DNA of 32,000 nt from Wolbachia endosymbiont of Cimex lectularius (GTDB lineage Bacteria > Pseudomonadota > Alphaproteobacteria > Rickettsiales > Anaplasmataceae): positions 1,080,001 to 1,112,000 of the forward strand of contig NZ_AP013028.1 in assembly GCF_000829315.1 (NCBI RefSeq), read 5' to 3'. The position numbers were made by a program, and so were the translations under genes. A model generated the notes under the pieces. It was not told the origin of the DNA. It did no database searches and saw nothing but the letters and a program-made list of their open reading frames with translations. This document shows, piece by piece, positions 8,329-16,061 of this stretch (its first letter is position 1; the number at the start of each line of letters is the position of its first letter).

Positions 8329-9587
8329 CTTTCTTGATCTTCATTGCACTGCAATTCGTTATCTTCTTTTGTTTTCACAGCCCAATTATACATTTCCAGG
8401 CTTTCTTTGTTGTCTATCCTCTTATGCTCCAAAAGATGTGGTATCATTTCAGTAATTGCATTTATCATATCAACTCGCCCTCTTTCGATTGCTATATCAA
8501 TAGGAGATTGAAGACTATTATTAACCGCTTTAGGATCAGCACCTTGTAATAAGAGAAAACGTACTATATCTACCTCACCTTGCTTAATGGCACAAATTAG
8601 AGGGGTATCTCCAAGCTTATTTCTAAGCTTCAGTACCTCTTGAGTTGTTAATCCAAGCTTTTCCAACTTGCTCATTATCCCCCTTAGGCAAACTAAGTTG
8701 TTCTTTTTAACACAGTAAAAAAGCTGCATACTATAGTCATCAATAAATACGGTTGTCGGAAGATGCTCATTAAGCTTATTGTATTGTCGCTTATATAATG
8801 ACTTGCTTTGTGCGCTTTTTTGATACCATTCCTTTATTGGTTCTCTGTCTAACTTTGTCCATCTTTGTAAATTTTTCTCTTCCTCTTGCTTGTTTTCTTC
8901 GTCTCTTCTAGTGATAGGTTTTATTCGATTTTTTCTACTGTGGTCCTCAGCTAATTTTTTCACTTCTTCTTTTTCAGCTTGATCTTCCTCTTTTTCTTTT
9001 TTCTCTTCTAATAATTTATCTGTATTGTTTTTTGAGGGCTTATTCTCCTCAATATCAACCTTTTTATCAACTTGTAGACTCTTTTGCAGATCAGCTACAT
9101 CTTCATTTAGACCAGCGCTTGGAGGCAAAACTAAATTTTTGTTCACTTCTTTATCGGTCACACTTGGCAAACTTGGTGTAACTTCATCTTTACTTTTTTC
9201 TGGCAGGTTATTGCCAAAATCTTTATCACTCTGCTCACCTCCACCAATAGTTTTTTCAACTGCAGGAGCTTTGCTTTCATCGTGTTGTGGTTCTTTTTTA
9301 TTGATCGCTCCCTCAGCCTCGGTATCCTGTGCTTTTTCAACATTCAACTTATCAACGTCCGTAGGGTCGCTTTTGGAAGACTCAGGCTCGGTTCCTTGGG
9401 CTGTGCTTTCCGGCGCATCTTGTTTTAGATTTTTCCTTATATCCACATTTTCATGCACAGAACTAACCGATTCACCTGCGTCAGTTTTTTTTCTTTCAAC
9501 TTGCTCCACAGCAAACAGGCTCGACGAGCCAAACACGACAAATAACAATGTAAAGTATAAAATACTCCTCATAAATATCCCAAGCAC
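8325..9587 (-). CDS. Ankyrin-repeat protein with signal peptide and long acidic/Lys-rich low-complexity region
   Basis: 420 aa. N-terminus has a hydrophobic leader ...ILYFTLLFVVFGSSSLFAVEQ. C-terminus has ankyrin repeats (GDTPLICAIKQGEVDIVRFLLLQGADPKAVN). GTG start at 9587, alternative ATG at 9572. Its TGA overlaps the ATG of the pentapeptide gene (ATGA at 8325-8328). Confidence 0.85.
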   Translation of the reverse strand: MLGIFMRSILYFTLLFVVFGSSSLFAVEQVERKKTDAGESVSSVHENVDIRKNLKQDAPESTAQGTEPESSKSDPTDVDKLNVEKAQDTEAEGAINKKEPQHDESKAPAVEKTIGGGEQSDKDFGNNLPEKSKDEVTPSLPSVTDKEVNKNLVLPPSAGLNEDVADLQKSLQVDKKVDIEENKPSKNNTDKLLEEKKEKEEDQAEKEEVKKLAEDHSRKNRIKPITRRDEENKQEEEKNLQRWTKLDREPIKEWYQKSAQSKSLYKRQYNKLNEHLPTTVFIDDYSMQLFYCVKKNNLVCLRGIMSKLEKLGLTTQEVLKLRNKLGDTPLICAIKQGEVDIVRFLLLQGADPKAVNNSLQSPIDIAIERGRVDMINAITEMIPHLLEHKRIDNKESLEMYNWAVKTKEDNELQCNEDQER

Positions 9588-9686
9588 AAGCTTAATTAAG
9601 ATGATACTATAATCAAATAATTAATCTATAGTAAAAAATGGACATGGGAAATGGAGGTTGATTAAGGTCATTACGCCAATAACACG

Positions 9687-9777
9687 CGGAAGGAGAGGGA
9701 TTCGAACCCTCGATACGACTTCTCAATCGTATAACGGTTTAGCAAACCGCCGCCTTCAGCCGCTCGGCCACCCTTCC
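9687..9777 (-). tRNA. tRNA-Ser (anticodon GCU), class II with long variable arm
   Basis: The reverse complement reads GGAAGGGTGGCCGAGCGGCTGAAGGCGGCGGTTTGCTAAACCGTTATACGATTGAGAAGTCGTATCGAGGGTTCGAATCCCTCTCCTTCCG. It has an acceptor stem GGAAGGG/TCCTTCC, T-loop GGTTCGAATCC, anticodon loop TTGCTAA and a variable-arm hairpin ATACGA/TCGTAT. CCA is not encoded. Confidence 0.9.
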
Positions 9778-9938
9778 AAATCTTGAACTTCAAAGTAAGT
9801 ATTTTATATAATACCAAGACTTCACAATCTGTCTAATGCTTTTAATAGTAGCATCTCATGTTATTAGATAGCAGAATCTCTTCTAAACCAGCCAATAACT
9901 GTAATTTTACTATAATAAACAACCTAAGCTAATGCGCA

Positions 9939-10454
9939 TCAATCTCCACTTTTAATAGCGTTTTCAATAATGCTCTTTGCTTCTTTCACACCAACCCATT
10001 TTCCAACTGTTACTGTTTTTCCTTTCTCTAGGTCTTTGTAGTGTGAAAAGAAATGAGTAATCTTATCCAGTAAGCTTTTAGGCAAATCAGAGCAGTCTTT
10101 CACATCATCATAATAGCTATCAACACTGGAAACAGGCACAGCTAATATCTTTTCATCTTCTCCTTTTTCATCCTTAGTAAGTAGAGCACCTATTGGACGT
10201 ACCGATATTAAAACACCAGGTGCTAGAGGAAATTGAGTTAACACTAAAACATCCACTGGATCACCATCACCTGAATAGGTGTTTGGCACAAATCCATAAT
10301 TGCAAGGATAGGTCATTGAGGTAGATAAAAACCTGTCAACTTGCAGTAATCCGAGCTCTTTATTAAATTCATACTTTATAGGCTCAGCATTTGCACTTAT
10401 TTCAATTATCACACTCACTGCATCTGCTGTCGCAGTTATTTTACTCAAATCCAT
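9939..10454 (-). CDS. ppa: Inorganic pyrophosphatase (family I)
   Basis: 171 aa. YPCNYGFVPNTYSGDGDPVDVLVL and DEKILAV are family I PPase signatures. Confidence 0.95.
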   Translation of the reverse strand: MDLSKITATADAVSVIIEISANAEPIKYEFNKELGLLQVDRFLSTSMTYPCNYGFVPNTYSGDGDPVDVLVLTQFPLAPGVLISVRPIGALLTKDEKGEDEKILAVPVSSVDSYYDDVKDCSDLPKSLLDKITHFFSHYKDLEKGKTVTVGKWVGVKEAKSIIENAIKSGD

Positions 10455-10550
10455 AAATTACCTCTTACTTTAAGAGTCAGTATTATACAACATACACTTC
10501 TTAGTTGCCACATTTATATCTTTATGAACAAAAATCCACCTGAGAACCAG

Positions 10551-11093
10551 TTAAATCAACTTAGACAAATAAATAGCAGCTTTGCAGCTCGTTTTTATGA
10601 ATGAAGATAAGATATTGTAACCAAACGCACCTTCAGCATTGTGCTCAATTGCAATGTCTCTATGTTCCAACTCCTCATCACGAAACTTACTTATCGTTTC
10701 TCTTAGTTCTCCATCTTCTAAATGCGAAACTTGCTCTTTATAGTGCTCTCCGATCACTTCTTCGACTGCAGCAGTGCAAGCCATAGCAGCCTTTCTTCCC
10801 ATAATGGCAGTTGCAACACCAAGTGACACTCCCAAAACGCGCCAAACTGGCAATAAGACAGTAGGACGGACTTTTTGTTCTTTGATTTTCTCATTGAAAT
10901 AATGAAAATGCTTTTTTTCCTGCTCTTCCATTTCAATTATTTCCTTGATTATAGAAGACTTTTTAAGAATAAATTTTTGACCAGAATAGATGCAAATAGC
11001 TCCATATTCTCCAGCATGGTTTACTCTAATTGCTTGCTGCAAGAACTTACTGCTGCTATACTTTAAGTTATTTAGATTTCTTTCTCTCTCCAC
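10551..11093 (-). CDS. coq7: Demethoxyubiquinone hydroxylase (Coq7 family di-iron protein)
   Basis: RVNHAGEYGAICIYSGQ, EEQEKKHF, AVEEVIGEHY and DEELEHRD are the ferritin-like ExxH di-iron motifs of Coq7. Confidence 0.9.
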   Translation of the reverse strand: MERERNLNNLKYSSSKFLQQAIRVNHAGEYGAICIYSGQKFILKKSSIIKEIIEMEEQEKKHFHYFNEKIKEQKVRPTVLLPVWRVLGVSLGVATAIMGRKAAMACTAAVEEVIGEHYKEQVSHLEDGELRETISKFRDEELEHRDIAIEHNAEGAFGYNILSSFIKTSCKAAIYLSKLI

Positions 11094-11544
11094 AATACAT
11101 TTTACCTGACACGAACAGAGCTGCTATAAGATAAATTAAGTTCCACGTTGCTAGGGAAACGCCTAGAACATAATGGGGTCTGTCACAAGAAGGAGAGTAG
11201 TTAGGGTTTAAGAGATTGTTTCTTAGCTCTTCTATGCCAACGTTACCGCTTGCTTGTTCTGTGCACCCTAAAACATCATGGAATAAGCGGAGTTCAAGAC
11301 CTATATGATAAAAAGATATTATCGCACCGATGAGATAACTGCAAAACATTACATAGACTAAAATTTTGTTGTCTTTGATCATGTGTGCTACTGCAAGCAA
11401 CCCTGCAACATAGTAAACTATCCGCTCGTATATACATAACTTGCATGGCAGCATATTAAAAAAATACTCTAGCACATATGCGAAAATTAGAGCAACGGCG
11501 CTTGACAGCAGAAAGATTGTAGGAGTTCTGGAGTTATTACGCAT
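11068..11544 (-). CDS. dsbB: Disulfide bond formation protein B family
   Basis: 158 aa, four predicted TM segments, CxxC-type pair in the first loop (LPCKLCIYERI), second Cys pair later (GCTEQ...SPSCD). Confidence 0.8.
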   Translation of the reverse strand: MRNNSRTPTIFLLSSAVALIFAYVLEYFFNMLPCKLCIYERIVYYVAGLLAVAHMIKDNKILVYVMFCSYLIGAIISFYHIGLELRLFHDVLGCTEQASGNVGIEELRNNLLNPNYSPSCDRPHYVLGVSLATWNLIYLIAALFVSGKMYCGERKKSK

Positions 11545-11595
11545 GACCTTTAAGTTAGCTATTACAAAGACTTCTTAAAGTATAAAGCAGAGTAC

Positions 11596-12996
11596 TCATT
11601 TTGCATAGGGATTTTTATTCTTCTTCAAAAGCAATCTGACTGGCACGCCTTCAGCAAAGAAGTTTTTTTTTAGATCATTAACTAAATAGCGTTTATAACT
11701 TTCATCAACACTTTCAGGCATGTTGCATATTAAGGAAAAAGCCGGAGGTTTAGTGCCGATTTGAGCAATATACTTCATTTTAATTGCTCTGCCTTTGACA
11801 AGCGGGTGAGGGTGCCTATCTAGAGCATCAATTAGCCAGTTATTTAACTTTGCAGTACTGATTTTCCTGCTTAAGGATTCGTTTACTTCAAGACACTTGT
11901 CTATCACATCACTGCAGCGCATACCTTTCAACGCAGAAATCGTTATAGTTGGCACTTCCAAAAATAATCGAGTTACTTCCTGTTGTTTTACAAATTTTAT
12001 CAACTTGCTCCTGTCGTTTTTATTTATTAAGTCCCACTTATTTAAGACAATGATAATTCCCTTTCCTCCTTTGATCGCAGCTTCACTGATTGATAAATCC
12101 TGTTGCTCAATACCCACAAGGGAGTCTAGCATTAAAACTATCACGTGAGAGCGTTTTATTGATTCCATGCTCTTCTCAACGAATCTTGATTCTAAGTCAT
12201 CTGTAACATTCGCCTTTCTGCGGATTCCGGCAGTGTCAATCAGAGTAATTAGCTTTCCATCATGATCGTATATAATATCCACAGAATCACGTGTGGTACC
12301 CGGTTCTGAACTTGTTATTAGCCTGTTCTCTGCAAGTAAACTATTTAGAAAAGTTGACTTCCCAACATTTGGGCGGCCGATGATTGCAATCCTTAGCTTA
12401 GTAAACTCATTAGCTTGATCCGATGTCATTTCAGTGCGTGACACTGGAATCTGCTTATTTTTTTCTAGATCCAAGTAGTTAGCTACTTGGATGACAGGAG
12501 AGGAATTTATAAAAGACTCAATAACACCAGCCAATGCATCGTAGAGATCAACCATGCCAAGGTTATGTTCAGCTGAGATGTACACCGGACCTGTGAAATC
12601 AAAAAACTGCAGGTAATCAACATTTCCTGACCTATGACTTTCACATTTATTTGCTATGAGTATTACAGGTTTATTTGTCTTCCTCTTTAGCCACTTTGCA
12701 AATTCTTTGTTCTGTTCATTTTGCACTTTTGCATCAACGAGAAAGAAAATTACATCCGCACTCAATAAAGAAAACTCTATTTGTTCAATAACTTGCGGTG
12801 AAAAATTGGTTTGGTCGTTCCATCCTCCTGTATCAATAATTTTAAATTCTAAATCGCTAATTCTTCCAATTCCCTCACGTCTATCCCTCGTTACCCCTGG
12901 GATGTTACTAACCACTGCTGCTTTTCTTCCCACTAGCCTATTAAATAGGGTTGATTTGCCAGCATTTGGCAGGCCTACTATAGCGGTTTTTAGCAT
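11596..12996 (-). CDS. der: Ribosome-associated GTPase Der/EngA (two tandem GTPase domains plus KH-like domain)
   Basis: Two G1 motifs (GLPNAGKST, GRPNVGKST), two DTGG/DTAG motifs and two NKCE/NKWD motifs. Confidence 0.95.
   Translation of the reverse strand: MLKTAIVGLPNAGKSTLFNRLVGRKAAVVSNIPGVTRDRREGIGRISDLEFKIIDTGGWNDQTNFSPQVIEQIEFSLLSADVIFFLVDAKVQNEQNKEFAKWLKRKTNKPVILIANKCESHRSGNVDYLQFFDFTGPVYISAEHNLGMVDLYDALAGVIESFINSSPVIQVANYLDLEKNKQIPVSRTEMTSDQANEFTKLRIAIIGRPNVGKSTFLNSLLAENRLITSSEPGTTRDSVDIIYDHDGKLITLIDTAGIRRKANVTDDLESRFVEKSMESIKRSHVIVLMLDSLVGIEQQDLSISEAAIKGGKGIIIVLNKWDLINKNDRSKLIKFVKQQEVTRLFLEVPTITISALKGMRCSDVIDKCLEVNESLSRKISTAKLNNWLIDALDRHPHPLVKGRAIKMKYIAQIGTKPPAFSLICNMPESVDESYKRYLVNDLKKNFFAEGVPVRLLLKKNKNPYAK
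12424..12496. repeat. Short palindromic repeat embedded in the der inter-domain linker
   Basis: Starts TGTCAT and ends ATGACA. Contains two hairpins, ATTTCAGTG-cgtga-CACTGGAAT and CCAAGTAG-ttag-CTACTTGG. The left half is near-identical to the murC insert core (TGTCATCCCAGTGCTTGACACTGGGATCC). Confidence 0.55.
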
Positions 12997-13132
12997 AGTT
13001 TAAGCGCATGTTCTATAGAAGTAAATTATAATCAAAATTTTTCAATTTAACTATTGACTTTATAGATTACGTCAATATCCTAAAATTAAGATATTTTATC
13101 TTGATTTTATTATGTAAAATATAGGAGTGGTT

Positions 13133-13655
13133 ATGCCGATATCAGAGCAAGTATATAGTGCAGGCGATGAAAATCTAAAACAACAAAAGCAGCAGAAGCG
13201 TTCATATGAAAATATAGAACGTCCAGAAGAAACAAACGATTACCAGTTAAGCATGACAATATATAAACAAATTGAGAGAGAGAGAAGCGGAAAAAGATCC
13301 TAAAGCGAGTAGAAGATATAGAAAAAAGGTATGAAAAACTTTCTGATAGCCAGGCTACAGGAAAAATGCTGGATGAGTTGTTAGAAATTATAAATCTTGC
13401 ACACAATGATAAAATAATGTTTGGCATGCCATACGAGTTGGTACATGGCATAATATCAGATGAAGAGAAAAACCAAGCAGCAAAAGGAATATCATTGATA
13501 GGGCACTTAATAAAAAATGTAGATCGGATTAAAAAACAAAATTTAAGCCTTGAAAAAAGCGAAGAAGAAAAGCTGGATTCTCTTTGTTTAAAAATAACTG
13601 ATTTAATTTTGGAAGGTACGTATGTCAGTAAAGAAATCTTGGATTCGTGTTGTAA
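13133..13655 (+). pseudogene. Unknown-function gene, frameshifted in a (GA)n tract and 3'-truncated by IS copy 1
   Basis: AGGAG at 13123-13127 then ATG 13133. That frame stops at 13301. Another frame continues from the GAGAGAGAGAGAA tract (13274-13286) through 13366..13692 and runs into the IS, giving the tail KNLFKIFVTGEK. Confidence 0.6.
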
Positions 13656-14515
13656 GAACCTGTTTAAAATCTTCGTAACAGGAGAGAAATGAAGGAGAGG
13701 ACTATCATCTGTAAGCTAGTGTTGAGCTTCCGCTCGCAATTTTTCCACAATCGCCTGCACTTTTCTAACCAGGCAAAAGAGCGTTCAACAACCCATCTTT
13801 TTGGCAATACGACGAAAGTGTGTAACTCACTTCGCTTTATTACTTCAACAGTCGCACCAATGATAGCTTTTATTTGTGTTGCAAAATTTTCTCCTGTGTA
13901 GCCAGCATCAACCAGTATGTTTTTAACTTCAGAGAGGTTTGCTTTAGCATTTTCGACCATTTTCACAGCACTGCTACGGTCAGTTGCTTCTGCCGTTGTT
14001 ACATAAATTGCATGTGGCAAACCTTGTGTATCAACTGCAATATAGCGCTTTATCCCTGAAATCTTTTTACCTGCATCATAGCCTTTTTTTTCAGCAGTAT
14101 CTGCGTTTTTAACGCTTTGAGAATCAATTATACAAAAGCTAGTTTTCTCTTTCCGACCATTGCTGATACGGACCTCTCCAACTAATTTTTTTTAAGAGTA
14201 ATTCCAACAAGCTTGGCTCTTCTCCACTCTTTTTACTCCACACTCGAAAATAGTAATATACGCTTTCCCATCTTGGAAAACCCTTTGGTAACATCCTCCA
14301 CTGACAACCACTTTTTAAGACGTACAACACCCCACAAAATACGTCATACAAATCAAGTTTTCTTGGTTTTGTTTTCTGCTTGCTACTCTCCAAAATTGGC
14401 CTGATTTTTTCAAACTGCTCTTGACTTATATTACTTGGATAACTTTTCTGCATAGACACCTCATTATTAATCTATGCTTACTTTACCTCACATTTTCAAG
14501 ATTTTAAACAGGTTC
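13656..14515 (-). mobile_element. IS5-family insertion sequence, copy 1 (860 bp)
   Basis: 18-bp perfect terminal inverted repeats GAACCTGTTTAAAATCTT. Flanked by TAA (left) and TTA (right). More than 99% identical to copies 2 and 3. Confidence 0.93.
13664..14459 (-). CDS. IS5-family DDE transposase (OrfA 14139..14459, OrfB frame open from the A8/T8 run down to 13664; a frameshift is required)
   Basis: OrfA contains ...YVLKSGCQWRMLP.... The OrfB frame reads KKLVGEVRISNGRKEKTSFCIIDSQSVKNADTAEKKGYDAGKKISGIKRYIAVDTQGLPHAI...LVDAGY...RWVVERSFAWL, carrying D, D and E motifs. Confidence 0.85.
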
Positions 14516-14518
14516 TTA

Positions 14519-14908
14519 GATTGTAAACTATTATACATATCTGATAAATTCGATAATAGGCCTTACTTTGATAAGGACTGCCTAACCACGCAAAAATTTT
14601 GCCTTATAGGCGATTATCGCATTCCTAATTTACACACGTCTCTCAAACACCATCACGCTCCATTTCAAGGTGATTATAACCCATGTTTCAAGCATTATTG
14701 CAATCCAGGTCACAGTAATCATTATGATGCAGCATGGTGCCATGCTCACGACTCTGGTAATACAGTAGTGCTGAATATACCACTATATTGAACTGGAAGT
14801 GAAAGTGGAAAAACAGGAACTAGGATAATAGAAGTTGCAAAAACTGAAGGAGTACCTGAACATTCAGACCACATTGCAGCAGCTATTTCTACTGCGGAAA
14901 TAATTTAG
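14519..14908 (+). pseudogene. Decayed paralogue of the Cys/His-rich protein encoded at 15181..15825
   Basis: NPCFKHYCNPGHSNHYDAAWCHAHDSGNTVVLNIPLY* aligns with NLCFKHCHDPYYNGRHTSCYHAYDSGNTVVIPYGW of the neighbour. Similarity continues past the in-frame TGA at 14789-14791. It has no start of its own; its 5' end abuts the IS. Confidence 0.5.
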
Positions 14909-15012
14909 GGACAATAAATTTTTGTAGGTAATTGTAGCGAAGGTGATGAAAGACGTGAAAAGTGCGTAGAGAATCAAAAATGAGCAATATCATATTAAGA
15001 TCACAAATAGCG

Positions 15013-15041
15013 TTGACTTAATATGATAAATAGAGTATAAG
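15013..15041 (+). promoter_or_regulatory. Candidate sigma70-type promoter upstream of the 15181 ORF
   Basis: TTGACT (15013-15018), 17-nt spacer, TATAAG (15036-15041). Chance matches are common in AT-rich DNA. Confidence 0.3.
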
Positions 15042-15180
15042 ACAAAAAGAAGGGATGTGCACTATGTACCTCTGTCTGTTGGCTTATAACTTTGACAGCC
15101 CATTTGATGTATGGTCTTTCTTGCCTTCCCTACTAATACTGTTAATTTAAAATAAAGTTTTTATTATATAGGAGATTTCT

Positions 15181-15825
15181 ATGCCAGAAAGTGATGATAT
15201 TCAAAATGGTGTTAGCCAAAATGAAATTACAGAGGAAACTACTGAAGAACCTGTAGTAGGTAATGAAAGCGGAGGGGAACCTCCTGCAGAGCCTGCGGTA
15301 GAAAATGAAAGCGGAAAAGAACCTCCTGCAGAAACTACAGCAGACACAGAGGAGACTTCAGTGAAATCTACAGTGGACGAAGTGAAACCCACTGCAGAAC
15401 TTACATTAGATAATGGAAGTGAAAGAAAACTTCCTGAAAAAATTACTACAGTAAATATAGAAAAGCCCACTGAAAAAGTTACTACAGTAAATGCAGGGAA
15501 ACCACATGTAAAGTTTATAGTAGACGAAGGGAATTTTCTTATGAAGCCTTCAGTAGATTGGGGAAGTAAAATGAGACATTTAGATGAGTATCCGTGTTTC
15601 AAACATCATCATAACTTATGCTTTAAGCATTGTCATGATCCATATTACAATGGTCGTCATACTTCATGTTATCATGCCTATGATTCTGGCAATACAGTGG
15701 TAATACCTTATGGTTGGAAAGGTGGACTACCTATGGTAAAAGTTGGGGGGCATACAGAATTTTTTGATTTAAATAAGCCCGTGCTAATATCTGATCTAGG
15801 TTGCAATATTTGCGATTGTTATTAA
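15181..15825 (+). CDS. Hypothetical protein: acidic repeat-built N-terminal half plus Cys/His-rich C-terminal domain
   Basis: AGGAG at 15170-15174 precedes the ATG. 214 aa. The C-terminal 78 aa (YPCFKHHHNLCFKHCHDPYY...GCNICDCY) contain 7 Cys and 8 His by my count. Confidence 0.7.
   Translation: MPESDDIQNGVSQNEITEETTEEPVVGNESGGEPPAEPAVENESGKEPPAETTADTEETSVKSTVDEVKPTAELTLDNGSERKLPEKITTVNIEKPTEKVTTVNAGKPHVKFIVDEGNFLMKPSVDWGSKMRHLDEYPCFKHHHNLCFKHCHDPYYNGRHTSCYHAYDSGNTVVIPYGWKGGLPMVKVGGHTEFFDLNKPVLISDLGCNICDCY
15262..15345 (+). repeat. In-frame tandem duplication, 2 x 42 bp
   Basis: AATGAAAGCGGAGGGGAACCTCCTGCAGAGCCTGCGGTAGAA followed by AATGAAAGCGGAAAAGAACCTCCTGCAGAAACTACAGCAGAC, encoding NESGGEPPAEPAVE / NESGKEPPAETTAD. 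Confidence 0.8.
15445..15516 (+). repeat. In-frame tandem duplication, 2 x 36 bp
   Basis: ACTACAGTAAATATAGAAAAGCCCACTGAAAAAGTT followed by ACTACAGTAAATGCAGGGAAACCACATGTAAAGTTT, encoding TTVNIEKPTEKV / TTVNAGKPHVKF. Confidence 0.75.
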
Positions 15826-16061
15826 CTGCAAAAAAGCTGTTCAATTCCGATAAACTATGTGGATGAAAATAGAGGGGGAGCATTTTAAGCATACCGGTTT
15901 TATATTTTGCAAGTTGCATTTAACTCCTGTGCCGTTGTCTGAAAAAACACGGCATTGGTAAGTTCTTTCCTCTTGGCAGTTTCTGTAAGCTGATATAAGA
16001 TAAGCCTTTAACTAACCTCATTTATTTACTATACTGCTATAGTTTTATAGCTTTTTGATTG

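Noticed and set aside
9025-9612. 195-aa ORF on the plus strand
   Set aside because: It is antisense to the low-complexity region of the ankyrin gene. Its Ser/Phe/Leu-rich sequence mirrors the Glu/Lys-rich sense strand.
11068-11093. 26-nt overlap between the coq7 start and the dsbB stop as a possible anomaly
   Set aside because: Short same-strand overlaps are common in compact genomes. The coq7 start may also be mis-assigned, so there is nothing unusual to claim.
13131-13451. 106-aa minus-strand ORF opposite the 13133 gene
   Set aside because: It is antisense to a frame with a good RBS and has a low-complexity Ser/Phe/Leu composition. It is probably a shadow ORF.
15262-15516. Tandem direct repeats that could be mistaken for a short CRISPR-like array
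   Set aside because: There are only two units each, they are contiguous without spacers, they are in frame inside a CDS and the units are imperfect. These are coding duplications, not CRISPR.
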